Source: an uncultured Pseudomonadota bacterium (GTDB lineage Bacteria; Oederibacteriota; Muellerivitia; Muellerivitales; Muellerivitaceae). From it: a DNA stretch of 64,000 nt. Location of the stretch: positions 256,001 to 320,000 of the forward strand of contig CAWJKT010000011.1 in assembly GCA_963843375.1 (NCBI GenBank). The letters are read 5' to 3'. A program made the position numbers and the translations under genes. The notes beneath the pieces were generated by a model. That model was not told where the DNA came from. It did no database searches and was given only the letters and a program-made list of their open reading frames with translations. This document shows positions 30,647 to 39,430 of this stretch, piece by piece; positions within the stretch are counted from its first letter, which is position 1; every line of letters begins with the position of its first letter.

Positions 30647-33600
30647 GTGAAAACGTTTTTAAATAAAACAAAAAACCTAATTGTCCTGACATTGGCCTTT
30701 TTACCTATGTCGATTTCTCTTTCCTTTGGACAAAACGTCAATTCCGGTTCCCCCAAATACCCTTTTCCTCATGATGGCCAAATTCCTTACACCGTTACGG
30801 CAGGCATGCCCAACATCGACTCTCAAGCGGCCATGGATTCTTCCGTTTCGAATATGTACGTTTCCTGGTATGCCAATGCGGTTACGGCCGCCAGTTCCGT
30901 CTGTTCCGGGTGTCTTCGTGTTTACCGGAATACCAACAACGATGACACCGTGTCTGAAGGCATCGGCTACGGACTGTTGTTTGCCGTGGAAATGGCGGAC
31001 CAAACCCTCTTCAACGGGTTATTCAATTACGAACAGAGCTTTCTTGATGGCAATCATTTAATGAATTGGCAAATCACTTCGGGCGGTTCCGTGGAAAGTT
31101 CGGGCGCTGCTACCGATGCGGATGAAGATATTGCCATGGCCCTTCTGATGGCCAATACCCAATGGGGTTCGGCAGGCGCGATTAATTATTTGACTAAGTT
31201 CCAAGATCAGGTTGCTTATATTTATAACACTGAAATCGACAATGGTTCTAATTACGCGGTCTGGCCTGGAGACCAATATCAGTCTCCCTATTATTCCAGT
31301 TATATGGAACCCGCTTGGTACCGTTGCTGGGAAAGTCACGATACCTCTCATAATTGGAGCCAAGTCATCAACTGGGTTTACGGTACTTATTTCGACCAGA
31401 TCTATTCAAGTTATGCCACAGGGTTTATGCCCGAAACCGCGTCCGGGAGCCCCGTAACTCCGGATACCATGACTATGGGTTACGACGCTTCTCGTTACCC
31501 CATTCGTACTGGAATTGACTACCTCTGGAACGGAACTGCCGCCGATGGGGCATTAACTTATGTAGGGGCCATGGCAAAAAGCGTCACACAAGGGGAAGCC
31601 ACTGTCGGAAGCTGGCAGAACGAAATCGAATCTTATTGGAACATTTCTACCGGTGCGGCCACCGGCTCCAATACGGATGGGGTCCAGGTGGGTGGCGCGT
31701 TAGTGGCTATGATGGTGGCGGGAAACCAATCAGCCGCGAACACAGTTTGGCCCATGATCCTGCCGGGTTCGGGCCATGGTTTTATGGATAATGGTTTCCA
31801 ATATTTCCAGGACAGCCTTTGCCTTTGGGGGGCAATGGTGGGTTCGGGTAATTTCATCAACATGCCTTGTGGAGTTAATCCTTGCGGGTCGGTCGCTTGT
31901 ACACCGACTCCGACTCCCGTTCCTCTGAGTTGTTTCATGTTGTCTTCGCCTATGGAAACCGGCCAAAATTACAATGCTACTGACGGTTATTGGTTTACTT
32001 TCAGTTTCGCTTCCGTCAGTAACACTCCCGTAGCCACGCCAGAGTTAGCGACTGTCTCAGGTGCCGCCTCTATCATTGACGGAGTTGATGGGGGAGCTGA
32101 CGGCGATATCTATGCCGCTCGGGCTATTGGTGCTTTCGATATCAACGGTGGAACTACTCAAGTAGTTTATCCGCCCACGGGAACCACCAGCGCCTCTGAA
32201 ACCGTGTATGCCGGTTTTGCCCTCGGAACGGAACTCTCACCCGCGGGGGTGACCAGTGGTTACAATAATTTGGAAGATTTGGATGAAATTACTTTCTGGT
32301 GCAAGTCTTCCATTGGGGGGATGGTGGTTAATCCAAATGGAACGGCTCCCGCGACGGATATTTGGATGCGGATGAATTTTGTTAACCCGTATATCACAAC
32401 CGCCACTGGTGCAGGTTTAGTTGACTATTATGGATTTAATTTCGCAGTCACGGCGGCAAACACCTGGCAGCAATTCACCGTTCCCTTAAGCAGTATTACT
32501 AACCAAAACTGGGGAACTGGATCCCAACCGCCGGTCAGCGGAGGAGTCAGTTACGTTATGCCGACGGCACCCGGCGCGACGGTTGCGGCGCCTGCGGCGA
32601 ACGCCTTAAGCCAAATTTCCTCTATCGAATGGCAAACCGAAAGTAATACTGGCGCCACTTATCCCGTTTCTTTTACCTTTTGGATAGATCAAGTGTGCTT
32701 GACTTTTGAAAACGATAGTCCGACTCCCACCGTGGTTATTGTGAATACCGCCACTCCGCTTCCCACCGCCACGCCCGTGAGCCAACCCACGGGAACCCCG
32801 ACTGGAACGCCTACCATAACCGGGACTCCCACAAAGACGGTTACAAGTAGTCCAACAAATTCATCCACCTTCACTCTCACATCTACTGAAACCAATAGCC
32901 CTACGGCCACTCTGACAAACACTTTGACTAAGACCGCTACTGCGACGCCGACCTCTACCTTGACCTCCACGCCGACATTAACCGTTACCAACAGCCTGAC
33001 GGCGACTTCCACGAGCACTTCAGCCAGCACTTCGACCAATACGGTAACCACTACCGCGACGGGGACCACGACTAATACCGCTACCCGTACCGCCACCGCT
33101 TCACCCTCCTATACCCCGACAGCTACCCCCACTAATACCCTGACGAATACTTCGACCAATACGGCCACTTCCACCACTACCCGTACCACCACTGCCACAG
33201 CTACCAACACCGCCACTTCCACCATCACGCTGACGGCGACCAATACGGCTACCGGTACCGCCACCTCAACGACGACCAATACCGCCACTCCCACTATCAG
33301 CGATACGCCGACCTTGAGCCCCACGGGAACCATCTTGACCTCGACGCCTACCTCGACTCCCACCAAGACGGCCACGAGTACGGCAACCTTCACGTCCACG
33401 AATACCGGCACCAACACCGCCACGGATACGACGACCATGACGGCGACCAATACCCCGACCAACACGACGACCCAAACCCCGACCAAGACCGCCACGAATA
33501 CGGCCACCGGTACCACGACGAATACGGCGACTCAAACGACCACCTTGACGCCCACCAGCACCTTGGCGAACACCGCGACCAATACGGCTACTTCAACACC

Positions 33601-34855
33601 TTCAAGTACGGCGACGCTCACCACGACTTTCACGGCCACCACTACACCAACGAATACGGCTTCTTCAACTACGACGTTGACACCTTCAAGCACTTTCGCC
33701 AATACCGCCACGAATACGGCTTCATCCACGCCCACCAGTACCTTTGCCGAGACCGCCACCAACACCGCCTCCCTGACGCCCACGGCAAGTCTTCCCAACA
33801 CACCCATAAACACCCCAACCAGTACCCCAACCAACACGGCAACCGAAACCAGGACTTCCACACCCACCAACACCTTGACGAATACGGTTACCAATACCAC
33901 CACTTCCACATTCACCAATACCTTTGCCACTACGGCCACTCAAACCCCTACAGCCACACCTACCAATACCTTGGCGAATACCGCGACCAATACGACAACC
34001 GCTACGGCTGTTTACACCGCTACCTTCACCATCACCGTAACCGGAACACCCACTCAAGTGACGGTCCAGGCTTCGCAGGGAACGAGTCCTCCTTCGAATT
34101 CCACCCAAGTGGCGGGAGCTTCCAGCGTGACGATACAGCAGATCCAACTGACCAATCCGGGTACCAATGTGGTGACTTTAAGCAGTTTGACCCTGAGCGA
34201 ATCAGGGGTTCCGCCCACGGGGATCACTTCCATATCGCTTGTGGACGACGGAACGGTGATCTCCACCGCCAGTTTCAGTGGAACGACGGCGACCTTTAGC
34301 TTAACGTCGAGCAATACCATTCCCGCCAGCAGCGGGGCGGTGACTTATGAAGTGGTGGTGAACTTCTCCAGCAGCGCGGCGGCAGGGAACTACGCCTTCA
34401 GTATCACCAGCGGTGCGGGGAGCAACGGCGAGCCGGTTCTATTCGCCAATATGCCGGTTGGCGGGGCGACAATCACGATCGGTTCGGGGAGTACCACGGC
34501 GTCCGCGACACCCACTTCCACGCTTCAACCGGGTTCAACGCCCGTTGTATACCCGAATCCGGCGACAGGCACAGAACCGGTCACGGTGGCGGCGACAACG
34601 AGTCAGGCGTCAGATTCGATGACGGTGCAGGTCTTCACGGTGGCCTTCCGGGAAGTGCAGAACAACGAGTACTCCACTTCGTCGCCGGGCGTGACGGCTT
34701 CCGTAAGCAGCGGAAGTACCACCGCCAAGACATGGCGTATACCTTTGATCCTCAGTGACAAGTGGGGCACGCCCCTGGCCAGCGGCCTTTATTACGTGGT
34801 GATCTCCAACCATATCGGCTACCACGCGGTGACCAAACTCCTCCTTTTGCGCTGA
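30647..34855 (+). CDS. GH8 + CBM-like jelly roll + Thr stalk + beta domain + T9SS-like CTD
   Basis: DTVSEGIGYG, AATDADEDIA.ALL.A..QWG, YDASR; second domain with ITFWCK..WQQFTVP..FWIDQV; CTD 34541-34855. Confidence 0.9.
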   Translation: MKTFLNKTKNLIVLTLAFLPMSISLSFGQNVNSGSPKYPFPHDGQIPYTVTAGMPNIDSQAAMDSSVSNMYVSWYANAVTAASSVCSGCLRVYRNTNNDDTVSEGIGYGLLFAVEMADQTLFNGLFNYEQSFLDGNHLMNWQITSGGSVESSGAATDADEDIAMALLMANTQWGSAGAINYLTKFQDQVAYIYNTEIDNGSNYAVWPGDQYQSPYYSSYMEPAWYRCWESHDTSHNWSQVINWVYGTYFDQIYSSYATGFMPETASGSPVTPDTMTMGYDASRYPIRTGIDYLWNGTAADGALTYVGAMAKSVTQGEATVGSWQNEIESYWNISTGAATGSNTDGVQVGGALVAMMVAGNQSAANTVWPMILPGSGHGFMDNGFQYFQDSLCLWGAMVGSGNFINMPCGVNPCGSVACTPTPTPVPLSCFMLSSPMETGQNYNATDGYWFTFSFASVSNTPVATPELATVSGAASIIDGVDGGADGDIYAARAIGAFDINGGTTQVVYPPTGTTSASETVYAGFALGTELSPAGVTSGYNNLEDLDEITFWCKSSIGGMVVNPNGTAPATDIWMRMNFVNPYITTATGAGLVDYYGFNFAVTAANTWQQFTVPLSSITNQNWGTGSQPPVSGGVSYVMPTAPGATVAAPAANALSQISSIEWQTESNTGATYPVSFTFWIDQVCLTFENDSPTPTVVIVNTATPLPTATPVSQPTGTPTGTPTITGTPTKTVTSSPTNSSTFTLTSTETNSPTATLTNTLTKTATATPTSTLTSTPTLTVTNSLTATSTSTSASTSTNTVTTTATGTTTNTATRTATASPSYTPTATPTNTLTNTSTNTATSTTTRTTTATATNTATSTITLTATNTATGTATSTTTNTATPTISDTPTLSPTGTILTSTPTSTPTKTATSTATFTSTNTGTNTATDTTTMTATNTPTNTTTQTPTKTATNTATGTTTNTATQTTTLTPTSTLANTATNTATSTPSSTATLTTTFTATTTPTNTASSTTTLTPSSTFANTATNTASSTPTSTFAETATNTASLTPTASLPNTPINTPTSTPTNTATETRTSTPTNTLTNTVTNTTTSTFTNTFATTATQTPTATPTNTLANTATNTTTATAVYTATFTITVTGTPTQVTVQASQGTSPPSNSTQVAGASSVTIQQIQLTNPGTNVVTLSSLTLSESGVPPTGITSISLVDDGTVISTASFSGTTATFSLTSSNTIPASSGAVTYEVVVNFSSSAAAGNYAFSITSGAGSNGEPVLFANMPVGGATITIGSGSTTASATPTSTLQPGSTPVVYPNPATGTEPVTVAATTSQASDSMTVQVFTVAFREVQNNEYSTSSPGVTASVSSGSTTAKTWRIPLILSDKWGTPLASGLYYVVISNHIGYHAVTKLLLLR

Positions 34856-34986
34856 TTCCAAACGTCTGTTAACCCAATTATTTCAATATAAATCTGTTAT
34901 AAACTTGTTCAATTTTCAAAGTACATGAAGATTGTTCTCCAACCTTTAGATGCTCTCTTTTCTAATTTATAATCCCTCGAAGTTTT

Positions 34987-35002
34987 GTGAAACCGGTTTC
35001 AC
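34987..35002. promoter_or_regulatory. Perfect 16-bp palindrome, LacI/GalR-type operator candidate
   Basis: GTGAAACCGGTTTCAC upstream of the ECF sigma gene. Confidence 0.6.
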
Positions 35003-35139
35003 TCCTTTGAATTGGGCTTTAAGATTAGCCGGCGGTTGGCTTTTGAGGTCGGAAATAAAGAATTTCTTGTCATTTCATTTTCTAGGGTCCGAAATGGAAT
35101 ATTTCGGGTTGAAATGGCACTAAGTCATTAGGAGATCCT

Positions 35140-35709
35140 TTGGACGAGCGGGAACTGGTTGAACGGATCCTAAAGGGTGACGAAAAGGCCAAAACGGAGT
35201 TTTATCGGGCTTACCAGCAAAAGCTCTATGGCTTTTGCGTGTACTTCATGGGGTCCAACGACCCGGAAATTGAGGACATCCTTCAGGAAGCTTTTCTGGC
35301 TGCTTTCCAAAAATTAGGCCAGTTTGAGTTTCGTTCCAGCCTGGATACCTGGTTGACCCAAATCTGTATTCACCAATGTTACCGGCATTTCCGAAAGCGC
35401 GGCCGAATGGTGACCCAGGCTGAAGAGGATTTGGAGGAAAGGCTAAAGCCCCTTGCTTTGGAGACCGCCCAACAGGCGGACCGAGATTTGGAAAGGAAGA
35501 CGAGGATGGAAACCGTCGACCGGGCCCTGGGAAGCATGGGGGAACCTTGTAAAAAGATGCTCCAACTAAGAATGAAGGAAAGCGCAAGTTACATTGAGAT
35601 TGCCCGGGCGTTGAAAGTTCCCATAGGAACGGTTATGTCTCGCTTGGCCCGTTGCACGGCAGGGCTGAAAGAAAGGGTAGAGAAGATGTTGGAAGAGGGG
35701 AAGCAATGA
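35140..35709 (+). CDS. ECF sigma-70 factor
   Basis: AGGAG RBS + TTG; EDILQEAFL, FRSSL.TWL, SYIEIA..L.VPIGTVMSRLAR. Confidence 0.93.
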   Translation: MDERELVERILKGDEKAKTEFYRAYQQKLYGFCVYFMGSNDPEIEDILQEAFLAAFQKLGQFEFRSSLDTWLTQICIHQCYRHFRKRGRMVTQAEEDLEERLKPLALETAQQADRDLERKTRMETVDRALGSMGEPCKKMLQLRMKESASYIEIARALKVPIGTVMSRLARCTAGLKERVEKMLEEGKQ

Positions 35710-36362
35710 CAAACTTGGTGAATGAATTTTTCAACCGGAATTTGACCGAGGCCGAAGCTCAGAGTCTAGAAGAGCTTTTGGGTAATTCCCCCGAGGAAGC
35801 CATTCGGTTCGGGGAAAAAATGAAGCAAGAATATCTAGCCATGGGTCTGCCGATTCCCACGATTCCGAAAGATTTCGGACTCTCTCATCAGGTTCTTTCA
35901 CTGACCAAGTTGGCTTTGTTAGCAACCACCTTGTCACCAGTTATTCTCGTTTGGTCCCTGTGGCCTAAAACAACGTCCTGGAGATATCGCAAACTACAAC
36001 TTCGCCGCGCCAATGGAGAAAGTTGTGGTTCCCGCCGCCCTTTCCAGGCCAAAAACAATATTGCCGCCTCCGCCCCTATTAGATTCCCCAACGTCTGACG
36101 GGATCCTCGGTCTGAGGGAACCCGTTTGAGTGTCGTCGTTGAATTGGATAAACCTGCGCCGGTGGCAGTTTGCATCCTCGACCCCAAAGAGCAAACTGTG
36201 CGAACCCTTTACCAAGGAAATCTTTCTCCGGGGAAATGGTCAATCCATTGGGATGGGCTTCTATCCAACGGATCTCAGGCTCCTACAGGGGATTATCGTA
36301 TCTGGGTTAAGTCCGGAACGACCGAGATGTCCAAAAACGTGAGTATTGAAACGGGAAAATAG
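35706..36362 (+). CDS. Putative anti-sigma factor with TM helix and C-terminal FlgD-like Ig domain; reading frame disrupted ~35970-36110
   Basis: ATGA overlap with sigma; N-terminal LTEAEAQSLEELL, TM helix, Pro-rich linker in a shifted frame, then VRTLYQG.L.PG...I.WDG...NG..AP.GDY. Confidence 0.7.
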
Positions 36363-36415
36363 GTTATCATTTCCACGCTGTAGGTTATGAATAGGAAGAG
36401 CCTTCCGGGAATGTT

Positions 36416-37825
36416 ATGATTTTGCCGGGGGCATCCATGCGGCCGTCCGGCTTATCAAAATTCATAATTCCTTTTGTCTTCTTAAACCGATACAAGACCT
36501 ATCCTCGAAGAGGATTTTGGGCTTTATTTTGGTTTTTTTTCTTGGGCTTCGCCGAGTTTTTAGGGGTTTTCTTGCCGATGTCTTTTTCTGCCACGACTTC
36601 TTTCGCGCAAACGGTGACGGGAACAGCGAGCCTGGCGGCACCTTTAGAAAATCTCGAGGGCTCAGCCCGGGATTTGGCCCTGGGGTCAGCCTTTGTGGGC
36701 GTGGCCGACGATACCTCCGCCCTTTTCTTCAACCCTGCGGGACTTTCGGGTTTAATAAACCCGGACATTGCCATTCATCATAACAGTTATCTGGCGGGAA
36801 CTTTTCAAGAAACACTTACAGCGGGTTTCCCAGCCGGGAATCTGGGAGGATTGGCTTTTGCTTTGGATTATGTGGGTTGGGGGAGCCTTGATCTCCGGGA
36901 CGCCTTTGGTGTGTCCGAGGGAAGCTTCAACGATAGCGACGTGGGTTTTACTGCGGGCTGGGGTATGGAATGGTTCCCCGGTTTTTCGGTTGGCTTTGCC
37001 TTGAGAGGACTCCAACAGAAAGTTGTGAACGATCTTTACACCAGCTTGGCGGGGGACGCAGGACTCCTTTGGTTGGCGCAAAAAAATTTCCGCCTGGGCA
37101 TCTCTTATCTTAATTTTGGCACCCCGGTGGCAGGCAGCCCGCTTGCGGGTGAATTAAATGGCGGTGGATCAATTCTTTTCAACCTAACTCCTCATTCCAC
37201 CCTTATGTCGGCTTTGGAGGGATCTTGGACCCCAGGAGGAGTTGGTTCTGCCCAAGCAGGATTGGAAGGGGTTCTGGATCGTCAATGGGCATTGAGGTTG
37301 GGATACCAGCTGCCATTTTATGACAACCAAATCGATGGTCTAACCGGGTTTACCGCTGGCGCCGGTCTTAAAATTTCAGCTTTTGCTATAGATTATGCCT
37401 ATCTTCCCTTTGGCAGTTTGGGGACATCCAACCGCATTAGTTTAGCTTACCAATTTGACCTGCCTAAGGAAGTGGTAAAGGTAACCGTACCCGTTCAAGT
37501 GCCCGTGACGGTAGTTCAACCGGCTCCCGAACTCCCGGGCAAAGATGTTGAAGTTCATTTCAAAATCTCTACCGATCCCCTTGCCAAAGGACAGGAATTG
37601 GAAAAAGAAGGTAAACTGAAAGAAGCTATTGGGATTTACGTAGAAGGTCTCAAGGCAAATCCAGCCGATGATCTTCTTTGGCAGGCACTCGCCAATGACT
37701 ATTACGTCCTGAATGAAAAAGCCTATGCCATTGAGTGTTTTGAAAAAGTTCTCCAATTGAAGCCGGATAATCAGGCTCTAAAGGATTGGCTGGAGAAGTA
37801 CAAAGGATCAACGGTTTCGAATTGA
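36416..37825 (+). CDS. PorV/PorQ-like (FadL-type) outer-membrane barrel with C-terminal TPR (start uncertain)
   Basis: SARDLALGSAFVGVADDTSALFFNPAGL, LRLGY, GFTAGAG, IDYAYLPFG.LG..NRISL; TPR AIECFEKVLQLKPDN. Confidence 0.8.
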   Translation: MILPGASMRPSGLSKFIIPFVFLNRYKTYPRRGFWALFWFFFLGFAEFLGVFLPMSFSATTSFAQTVTGTASLAAPLENLEGSARDLALGSAFVGVADDTSALFFNPAGLSGLINPDIAIHHNSYLAGTFQETLTAGFPAGNLGGLAFALDYVGWGSLDLRDAFGVSEGSFNDSDVGFTAGWGMEWFPGFSVGFALRGLQQKVVNDLYTSLAGDAGLLWLAQKNFRLGISYLNFGTPVAGSPLAGELNGGGSILFNLTPHSTLMSALEGSWTPGGVGSAQAGLEGVLDRQWALRLGYQLPFYDNQIDGLTGFTAGAGLKISAFAIDYAYLPFGSLGTSNRISLAYQFDLPKEVVKVTVPVQVPVTVVQPAPELPGKDVEVHFKISTDPLAKGQELEKEGKLKEAIGIYVEGLKANPADDLLWQALANDYYVLNEKAYAIECFEKVLQLKPDNQALKDWLEKYKGSTVSN

Positions 37826-37847
37826 AGGCGGCACAAAGAGGTTTTTA

Positions 37848-39227
37848 ATGTTTTGGACGAAAACAATTCTGTCTTTTTCGTTTTTGGTTTTTTTGTGTTT
37901 GAGCTTTAGGACAGATCAAGCGCAGGGCCAAACTGCCACGCCCTCACCTACGGCCACTTCCGTGGTCTTGTCCTCTGCATTCCTGAACCAATCTTCCCCT
38001 TCCACGGTGGTGACGGGAGGACAAGTGGTCATCTATAACCTGGCCTATGGAAACACGGGGATTCCCGTGACCACATTGGACACCTTTGAGACCGATACAG
38101 TTGGAGGAATGCCAGCCAGTTGGGTTACCTATGGTGGCGCATCAGGAACGACCATTACCGAAACGGTTATCAGTGGAGCCGAATTCAATGGTCCAACCGC
38201 CCCGGGAAATCAATCTGTGTCGGTAGTTTATCCTTATGGTTGTACGAGTTTTTGCGGCCGTTTGGATTACACGGGTGCCGGACCAGTGACCGATGGTTCG
38301 ATCCAGGCGGATTTTTATTTTCCCAATTCGGGAAACGCGGCGGCCTTAATGTGGCGAAACGATGCCGTGGATGATCAATATCAGGTGACGGTTTCCCAGG
38401 GAACCAGCAACAATATAAATTTGGTGGTCCAGAAATCGGGCAGTTTTCAAATCCTCACCACCGCCAGCGCTAACATCAACACCAGCTCATGGATCACTGT
38501 CAAATTAGCAGTGTCGGGCGTGAACCCTGCTCTATTGACGGCTTATGTAAATGGAGTTCCAGTTGCAACGGCAAGCACCACAGTCCAATTAGCGCCCGGA
38601 TTTTCCGGAATCCAGGTACAAGGATTGTCGACAGTGATTTTTGACAACGTCCAGGTCGTCCAATCGCCGGATTTTGATAACGTGAATCTGCTGGATACTT
38701 TGCCAGCCGGATTGAGCTATGTTACGGCCACTGGAAGCCCGTCGGTCACAGAGCAAATCGTCAATTGGAACTTGGGAAGTTTAGTGGCGGGTTCAGCCGG
38801 GACCGTCCAAGTCGCCGCGACGGCCAATAACTGCGATAAGACTTTCACTAACTCAGCCCAATTGGATTTGGGTGCCCCCCCGGGATCGGTTACTTCCAAT
38901 CCGGTGACCACTTTGGGGGTCTGCAGCCCAACCCCCACTCCCCCGGCACCCGGCAATCAACCTTATGTATACTCCAACCCGTCCAGCGGCCCTACGGTTA
39001 GTTTCGTCTATAACATGGGGGAAAGTGGAAAGGCCGATATCCGAGTGTGGAACGCTTCGGGAGTTCTGGCGGCCAGCCTGGAGGACACGAAACCTGCCGG
39101 AGTCCAACAAAGTGTCCTCAATATACAAACCTTTGCGCCCGGGCATTATTTTTACCAGATAGACTTAAAGTACGATTCGGGTCAGGAGGATCGTTTTAAA
39201 CCCTCCGTATTGGCAATCCAGAAATAA
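37848..39227 (+). CDS. Exported protein: DUF11-like Ig domain with an inserted lectin-like domain, plus a second CTD variant
   Basis: Signal peptide; VIYNLAYGNTG..NVNLLDTLPAGLSYV..VNWNLGSL..TNSA; C-terminal VYSNP..IRVWNASG..APGHYFY. Confidence 0.7.
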   Translation: MFWTKTILSFSFLVFLCLSFRTDQAQGQTATPSPTATSVVLSSAFLNQSSPSTVVTGGQVVIYNLAYGNTGIPVTTLDTFETDTVGGMPASWVTYGGASGTTITETVISGAEFNGPTAPGNQSVSVVYPYGCTSFCGRLDYTGAGPVTDGSIQADFYFPNSGNAAALMWRNDAVDDQYQVTVSQGTSNNINLVVQKSGSFQILTTASANINTSSWITVKLAVSGVNPALLTAYVNGVPVATASTTVQLAPGFSGIQVQGLSTVIFDNVQVVQSPDFDNVNLLDTLPAGLSYVTATGSPSVTEQIVNWNLGSLVAGSAGTVQVAATANNCDKTFTNSAQLDLGAPPGSVTSNPVTTLGVCSPTPTPPAPGNQPYVYSNPSSGPTVSFVYNMGESGKADIRVWNASGVLAASLEDTKPAGVQQSVLNIQTFAPGHYFYQIDLKYDSGQEDRFKPSVLAIQK

Positions 39228-39430
39228 GCTATTTAATTCTAGTTTTTAAGCTGAAAACTCCATAAATGAATACTTTCTTCGATTTTTTCTTAGGGATTGA
39301 GTGATAAATCAAAAAAAAATCGGAAAAGAGGGAATAAAACCATCTAGTTTTGGATCAAAGATACGGGAGACTCTATCCCGTCCAGCTTTGACGAGCGGGA
39401 ATTCCAAAAAATAACGGATGGCGGCGGAAA

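Noticed and set aside
32714..34057. TxT arrays as ice-binding or ice-nucleation proteins
   Set aside because: Frequent prolines, no regular Gly turns or fixed coil period, and a position between enzyme and sorting domain fit a tether better
36096..36098. In-frame TGA in the anti-sigma as readthrough or an alternative genetic code
   Set aside because: TGA is a normal stop in many genes here, and a shifted frame gives a more plausible Pro-rich linker, pointing to compensating indels
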